Positions 56,701-64,000 of a stretch of 64,000 bases of DNA are shown here, piece after piece. The stretch comes from Macrostomum lignano (lineage: Eukaryota): positions 1 through 64,000 of the forward strand of contig NIVC01001676.1 of NCBI GenBank assembly GCA_002269645.1, written 5' to 3'. The stretch's first letter is position 1. Every line of letters begins with the position of its first letter. The position numbers were made by a program, and so were the translations under genes. The notes under the pieces were generated by a model that did no database searches, had not been told where the DNA came from, and saw only the letters and a program-made list of their open reading frames with translations.

Positions 56701-59700
56701 CAGCCCAACCTGAAGACTCTGAGCAGCCCAACCTGAAGACTCTGAGCAGCCAACCTGAAGACTCTGAGCAGCCCAACCTGAAGACTCTGAGCAGCCCAAC
56801 CTGAAGACTCTGAGCAGCCAACCTGAAGACTCTGAGCAGCCAACCTGAAGACTCTGAGCAGCCCAACCTGAAGACTCTGAGCAGCCAACCTGAAGACTCT
56901 GAGCAGCCCAACCTGAAGACTCTGAGCAGCCCAACCTGAAGACTCTGAGCAGCCAACCTGAAGACTCTGAGCAGCCAACCTGAAGACTCTGAGCAGCCCA
57001 ACCTGAAGACTCTGAGCAGCCAACCTGAAGACTCTGAGCAGCCAACCTGAAGACTCTGAGCAGCCAACCTGAAGACTCTGAGCAGCCAACCTGAAGACTC
57101 TGAGCAGCCCAACCTGAAGACTCTGAGCAGCCCAACCTGAAGACTCTGAGCAGCCAACCTGAAGACTCTGAGCAGCCCAACCTGAAGACTCTGAGCAGCC
57201 CAACCTGAAGACTCTGAGCAGCCAACCTGAAGACTCTGAGCAGCCAACCTGAAGACTCTGAGCAGCCCAACCTGAAGACTCTGAGCAGCCAACCTGAAGA
57301 CTCTGAGCAGCCCAACCTGAAGACTCTGAGCAGCCAACCTGAAGACTCTGAGCAGCCAACCTGAAGACTCTGAGCAGCCAACCTGAAGACTCTGAGCAGC
57401 CAACCTGAAGACTCTGAGCAGCCCAACCTGAAGACTCTGAGCAGCCCAACCTGAAGACTCTGAGCAGCCCAACCTGAAGACTCTGAGCAGCCAACCTGAA
57501 GACTCTGAGCAGCCCAACCTGAAGACTCTGAGCAGCCCAACCTGAAGACTCTGAGCAGCCCAACCTGAAGACTCTGAGCAGCCCAACCTGAAGACTCTGA
57601 GCAGCCCAACCTGAAGACTCTGAGCAGCCCAACCTGAAGACTCTGAGCAGCCCAACCTGAAGACTCTGAGCAGCCCAACCTGAAGACTCTGAGCAGCCCA
57701 ACCTGAAGACTCTGAGCAGCCCAACCTGAAGACTCTGAGCAGCCCAACCTGAAGACTCTGAGCAGCCCAACCTGAAGACTCTGAGCAGCCCAACCTGAAG
57801 ACTCTGAGCAGCCCAACCTGAAGACTCTGAGCAGCCCAACCTGAAGACTCTGAGCAGCCCAACCTGAAGACTCTGAGCAGCCCAACCTGAAGACTCTGAG
57901 CAGCCCAACCTGAAGACTCTGAGCAGCCAACCTGAAGACTCTGAGCAGCCCAACCTGAAGACTCTGAGCAGCCCAACCTGAAGACTCTGAGCAGCCCAAC
58001 CTGAAGACTCTGAGCAGCCAACCTGAAGACTCTGAGCAGCCCAACCTGAAGACTCTGAGCAGCCCAACCTGAAGACTCTGAGCAGCCAACCTGAAGACTC
58101 TGAGCAGCCCAACCTGAAGACTCTGAGCAGCCCAACCTGAAGACTCTGAGCAGCCCAACCTGAAGACTCTGAGCAGCCCAACCTGAAGACTCTGAGCAGC
58201 CCAACCTGAAGACTCTGAGCAGCCAACCTGAAGACTCTGAGCAGCCCAACCTGAAGACTCTGAGCAGCCCAACCTGAAGACTCTGAGCAGCCAACCTGAA
58301 GACTCTGAGCAGCCCAACCTGAAGACTCTGAGCAGCCCAACCTGAAGACTCTGAGCAGCCCAACCTGAAGACTCTGAGCAGCCCAACCTGAAGACTCTGA
58401 GCAGCCCAACCTGAAGACTCTGAGCAGCCCAACCTGAAGACTCTGAGCAGCCCAACCTGAAGACTCTGAGCAGCCCAACCTGAAGACTCTGAGCAGCCCA
58501 ACCTGAAGACTCTGAGCAGCCCAACCTGAAGACTCTGAGCAGCCCAACCTGAAGACTCTGAGCAGCCAACCTGAAGACTCTGAGCAGCCCAACCTGAAGA
58601 CTCTGAGCAGCCCAACCTGAAGACTCTGAGCAGCCAACCTGAAGACTCTGAGCAGCCCAACCTGAAGACTCTGAGCAGCCCAACCTGAAGACTCTGAGCA
58701 GCCCAACCTGAAGACTCTGAGCAGCCCAACCTGAAGACTCTGAGCAGCCAACCTGAAGACTCTGAGCAGCCCAACCTGAAGACTCTGAGCAGCCCAACCT
58801 GAAGACTCTGAGCAGCCCAACCTGAAGACTCTGAGCAGCCCAACCTGAAGACTCTGAGCAGCCCAACCTGAAGACTCTGAGCAGCCCAACCTGAAGACTC
58901 TGAGCAGCCCAACCTGAAGACTCTGAGCAGCCAACCTGAAGACTCTGAGCAGCCAACCTGAAGACTCTGAGCAGCCAACCTGAAGACTCTGAGCAGCCAA
59001 CCTGAAGACTCTGAGCAGCCAACCTGAAGACTCTGAGCAGCCCAACCTGAAGACTCTGAGCAGCCAACCTGAAGACTCTGAGCAGCCAACCTGAAGACTC
59101 TGAGCAGCCCAACCTGAAGACTCTGAGCAGCCCAACCTGAAGACTCTGAGCAGCCCAACCTGAAGACTCTGAGCAGCCAACCTGAAGACTCTGAGCAGCC
59201 AACCTGAAGACTCTGAGCAGCCCAACCTGAAGACTCTGAGCAGCCCAACCTGAAGACTCTGAGCAGCCCAACCTGAAGACTCTGAGCAGCCAACCTGAAG
59301 ACTCTGAGCAGCCCAACCTGAAGACTCTGAGCAGCCCAACCTGAAGACTCTGAGCAGCCAACCTGAAGACTCTGAGCAGCCCAACCTGAAGACTCTGAGC
59401 AGCCCAACCTGAAGACTCTGAGCAGCCAACCTGAAGACTCTGAGCAGCCCAACCTGAAGACTCTGAGCAGCCCAACCTGAAGACTCTGAGCAGCCCAACC
59501 TGAAGACTCTGAGCAGCCCAACCTGAAGACTCTGAGCAGCCCAACCTGAAGACTCTGAGCAGCCCAACCTGAAGACTCTGAGCAGCCAACCTGAAGACTC
59601 TGAGCAGCCCAACCTGAAGACTCTGAGCAGCCCAACCTGAAGACTCTGAGCAGCCAACCTGAAGACTCTGAGCAGCCCAACCTGAAGACTCTGAGCAGCC

Positions 59701-62700
59701 AACCTGAAGACTCTGAGCAGCCCAACCTGAAGACTCTGAGCAGCCCAACCTGAAGACTCTGAGCAGCTCAACCTGAAGACTCTGAGCAGCCAACCTGAAG
59801 ACTCTGAGCAGCCCAACCTGAAGACTCTGAGCAGCCCAACCTGAAGACTCTGAGCAGCCCAACCTGAAGACTCTGAGCAGCCCAACCTGAAGACTCTGAG
59901 CAGCCCAACCTGAAGACTCTGAGCAGCCAACCTGAAGACTCTGAGCAGCCAACCTGAAGACTCTGAGCAGCCCAACCTGAAGACTCTGAGCAGCCCAACC
60001 TGAAGACTCTGAGCAGCCAACCTGAAGACTCTGAGCAGCCAACCTGAAGACTCTGAGCAGCCCAACCTGAAGACTCTGAGCAGCCAACCTGAAGACTCTG
60101 AGCAGCCAACCTGAAGACTCTGAGCAGCCCAACCTGAAGACTCTGAGCAGCCAACCTGAAGACTCTGAGCAGCCCAACCTGAAGACTCTGAGCAGCCAAC
60201 CTGAAGACTCTGAGCAGCCAACCTGAAGACTCTGAGCAGCCAACCTGAAGACTCTGAGCAGCCAACCTGAAGACTCTGAGCAGCCCAACCTGAAGACTCT
60301 GAGCAGCCCAACCTGAAGACTCTGAGCAGCCAACCTGAAGACTCTGAGCAGCCAACCTGAAGACTCTGAGCAGCCCAACCTGAAGACTCTGAGCAGCCAA
60401 CCTGAAGACTCTGAGCAGCCAACCTGAAGACTCTGAGCAGCCAACCTGAAGACTCTGAGCAGCCCAACCTGAAGACTCTGAGCAGCCAACCTGAAGACTC
60501 TGAGCAGCCAACCTGAAGACTCTGAGCAGCCAACCTGAAGACTCTGAGCAGCCCAACCTGAAGACTCTGAGCAGCCCAACCTGAAGACTCTGAGCAGCCC
60601 AACCTGAAGACTCTGAGCAGCCCAACCTGAAGACTCTGAGCAGCCCAACCTGAAGACTCTGAGCAGCCCAACCTGAAGACTCTGAGCAGCCAACCTGAAG
60701 ACTCTGAGCAGCCAACCTGAAGACTCTGAGCAGCCCAACCTGAAGACTCTGAGCAGCCAACCTGAAGACTCTGAGCAGCCAACCTGAAGACTCTGAGCAG
60801 CCCAACCTGAAGACTCTGAGCAGCCAACCTGAAGACTCTGAGCAGCCCAACCTGAAGACTCTGAGCAGCCCAACCTGAAGACTCTGAGCAGCCCAACCTG
60901 AAGACTCTGAGCAGCCCAACCTGAAGACTCTGAGCAGCCCAACCTGAAGACTCTGAGCAGCCAACCTGAAGACTCTGAGCAGCCCAACCTGAAGACTCTG
61001 AGCAGCCCAACCTGAAGACTCTGAGCAGCCCAACCTGAAGACTCTGAGCAGCCAACCTGAAGACTCTGAGCAGCCAACCTGAAGACTCTGAGCAGCCAAC
61101 CTGAAGACTCTGAGCAGCCAACCTGAAGACTCTGAGCAGCCCAACCTGAAGACTCTGAGCAGCCCAACCTGAAGACTCTGAGCAGCCCAACCTGAAGACT
61201 CTGAGCAGCCCAACCTGAAGACTCTGAGCAGCCAACCTGAAGACTCTGAGCAGCCCAACCTGAAGACTCTGAGCAGCCCAACCTGAAGACTCTGAGCAGC
61301 CCAACCTGAAGACTCTGAGCAGCCCAACCTGAAGACTCTGAGCAGCCCAACCTGAAGACTCTGAGCAGCCCAACCTGAAGACTCTGAGCAGCCCAACCTG
61401 AAGACTCTGAGCAGCCCAACCTGAAGACTCTGAGCAGCCCAACCTGAAGACTCTGAGCAGCCCAACCTGAAGACTCTGAGCAGCCCAACCTGAAGACTCT
61501 GAGCAGCCAACCTGAAGACTCTGAGCAGCCAACCTGAAGACTCTGAGCAGCCAACCTGAAGACTCTGAGCAGCCCAACCTGAAGACTCTGAGCAGCCAAC
61601 CTGAAGACTCTGAGCAGCCAACCTGAAGACTCTGAGCAGCCAACCTGAAGACTCTGAGCAGCCCAACCTGAAGACTCTGAGCAGCTCAACCTGAAGACTC
61701 TGAGCAGCTCAACCTGAAGACTCTGAGCAGCTCAACCTGAAGACTCTGAGCAGCTCAACCTGAAGACTCTGAGCAGCTCAACCTGAAGACTCTGAGCAGC
61801 TCAACCTGAAGACTCTGAGCAGCTCAACCTGAAGACTCTGAGCAGCTCAACCTGAAGACTCTGAGCAGCCAACCTGAAGACTCTGAGCAGCTCAACCTGA
61901 AGACTCTGAGCAGCTCAACCTGAAGACTCTGAGCAGCTCAACCTGAAGACTCTGAGCAGCCCAACCTGAAGACTCTGAGCAGCCCAACCTGAAGACTCTG
62001 AGCAGCCCAACCTGAAGACTCTGAGCAGCCCAACCTGAAGACTCTGAGCAGCCAACCTGAAGACTCTGAGCAGCCCAACCTGAAGACTCTGAGCAGCCCA
62101 ACCTGAAGACTCTGAGCAGCCAACCTGAAGACTCTGAGCAGCCCAACCTGAAGACTCTGAGCAGCCCAACCTGAAGACTCTGAGCAGCCAACCTGAAGAC
62201 TCTGAGCAGCCAACCTGAAGACTCTGAGCAGCCAACCTGAAGACTCTGAGCAGCCCAACCTGAAGACTCTGAGCAGCCCAACCTGAAGACTCTGAGCAGC
62301 CAACCTGAAGACTCTGAGCAGCCCAACCTGAAGACTCTGAGCAGCCCAACCTGAAGACTCTGAGCAGCCCAACCTGAAGACTCTGAGCAGCTCAACCTGA
62401 AGACTCTGAGCAGCCAACCTGAAGACTCTGAGCAGCCCAACCTGAAGACTCTGAGCAGCCCAACCTGAAGACTCTGAGCAGCCCAACCTGAAGACTCTGA
62501 GCAGCCCAACCTGAAGACTCTGAGCAGCCCAACCTGAAGACTCTGAGCAGCCCAACCTGAAGACTCTGAGCAGCCAACCTGAAGACTCTGAGCAGCTCAA
62601 CCTGAAGACTCTGAGCAGCCCAACCTGAAGACTCTGAGCAGCCCAACCTGAAGACTCTGAGCAGCCCAACCTGAAGACTCTGAGCAGCCCAACCTGAAGA

Positions 62701-64000
62701 CTCTGAGCAGCCAACCTGAAGACTCTGAGCAGCCCAACCTGAAGACTCTGAGCAGCCCAACCTGAAGACTCTGAGCAGCCCAACCTGAAGACTCTGAGCA
62801 GCCAACCTGAAGACTCTGAGCAGCCAACCTGAAGACTCTGAGCAGCCCAACCTGAAGACTCTGAGCAGCCCAACCTGAAGACTCTGAGCAGCCCAACCTG
62901 AAGACTCTGAGCAGCCCAACCTGAAGACTCTGAGCAGCCCAACCTGAAGACTCTGAGCAGCCCAACCTGAAGACTCTGAGCAGAAGACTCTGAGCAGCTC
63001 AACCTGAAGACTCTGAGCAGCCCAACCTGAAGACTCTGAGCAGCCCAACCTGAAGACTCTGAGCAGCCCAACCTGAAGACTCTGAGCAGCCCAACCTGAA
63101 GACTCTGAGCAGCCCAACCTGAAGACTCTGAGCAGCCCAACCTGAAGACTCTGAGCAGCTCAACCTGAAGACTCTGAGCAGCTCAACCTGAAGACTCTGA
63201 GCAGCCCAACCTGAAGACTCTGAGCAGCCCAACCTGAAGACTCTGAGCAGCTCAACCTGAAGACTCTGAGCAGCCCAACCTGAAGACTCTGAGCAGCCCA
63301 ACCTGAAGACTCTGAGCAGCCCAACCTGAAGACTCTGAGCAGCTCAACCTGAAGACTCTGAGCAGCCCAACCTGAAGACTCTGAGCAGCCCAACCTGAAG
63401 ACTCTGAGCAGCCCAACCTGAAGACTCTGAGCAGCTCAACCTGAAGACTCTGAGCAGCTCAACCTGAAGACTCTGAGCAGCCCAACCTGAAGACTCTGAG
63501 CAGCCCAACCTGAAGACTCTGAGCAGCCCAACCTGAAGACTCTGAGCAGCCCAACCTGAAGACTCTGAGCAGCCCAACCTGAAGACTCTGAGCAGCCCAA
63601 CCTGAAGACTCTGAGCAGCCCAACCTGAAGACTCTGAGCAGCTCAACCTGAAGACTCTGAGCAGCCCAACCTGAAGACTCTGAGCAGCCCAACCTGAAGA
63701 CTCTGAGCAGCTCAACCTGAAGACTCTGAGCAGCCCAACCTGAAGACTCTGAGCAGCCCAACCTGAAGACTCTGAGCAGCCCAACCTGAAGACTCTGAGC
63801 AGCCCAACCTGAAGACTCTGAGCAGCCCAACCTGAAGACTCTGAGCAGCTCAACCTGAAGACTCTGAGCAGCCCAACCTGAAGACTCTGAGCAGCCCAAC
63901 CTGAAGACTCTGAGCAGCCCAACCTGAAGACTCTGAGCAGCTCAACCTGAAGACTCTGAGCAGCCCAACCTGAAGACTCTGAGCAGCCCAACCTGAAGAC
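41783..64000. repeat. >22-kb satellite of 23-bp unit CTGAGCAGCCCAACCTGAAGACT (with 22-bp, 21-bp and C>T variants), running off the window end
   Basis: Direct reading; roughly 970-980 units; diverged left edge 41783-42110. Confidence 0.99.

Noticed and set aside
41780-63991. Giant ORFs up to 5247 aa as real proteins
   Set aside because: Pure translation of a 23/22-bp satellite; frames swap at every 22-bp unit and there is no unique domain or codon structure.

Overview
Eukaryotic, intron-containing animal DNA: GC-rich exons, AT-rich spacers and introns packed with private micro/minisatellites. This style suggests a free-living flatworm such as Macrostomum, which is inference only. Genes rebuilt by hand from GT-AG junctions with matching phases: (+) the 3' end of a monocarboxylate transporter (MCT/SLC16) and a tandem paralog (2322-4366) with several 1-nt frameshifts; (+) BTBD19 (6790-9097); (-) a ~1296-aa protein joining a catalytically degenerate KY/hillarin-type transglutaminase-like domain to a helical linker and a nucleoside-phosphorylase (PNP/MTAN-fold) domain (16407-10579); (-) Tiki/TRABD2 Wnt-cleaving metalloprotease (21603-17533, first exon unresolved); (-) LEXM/CIMAP2 (40105-35576); (-) the last exon of TATDN1 (41707-41168). 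Two tRNA-derived SINEs are present. A 5.5-kb 20-bp satellite (27981-33514) is built from the 5' end and Pol III A-box of one SINE and lies inside that SINE's apparent 10-bp target-site duplication. A >22-kb 23-bp satellite (41783 to window end) starts ~75 bp upstream of the last TATDN1 exon and produces all the giant ORFs in the ORF track, which are artefacts.
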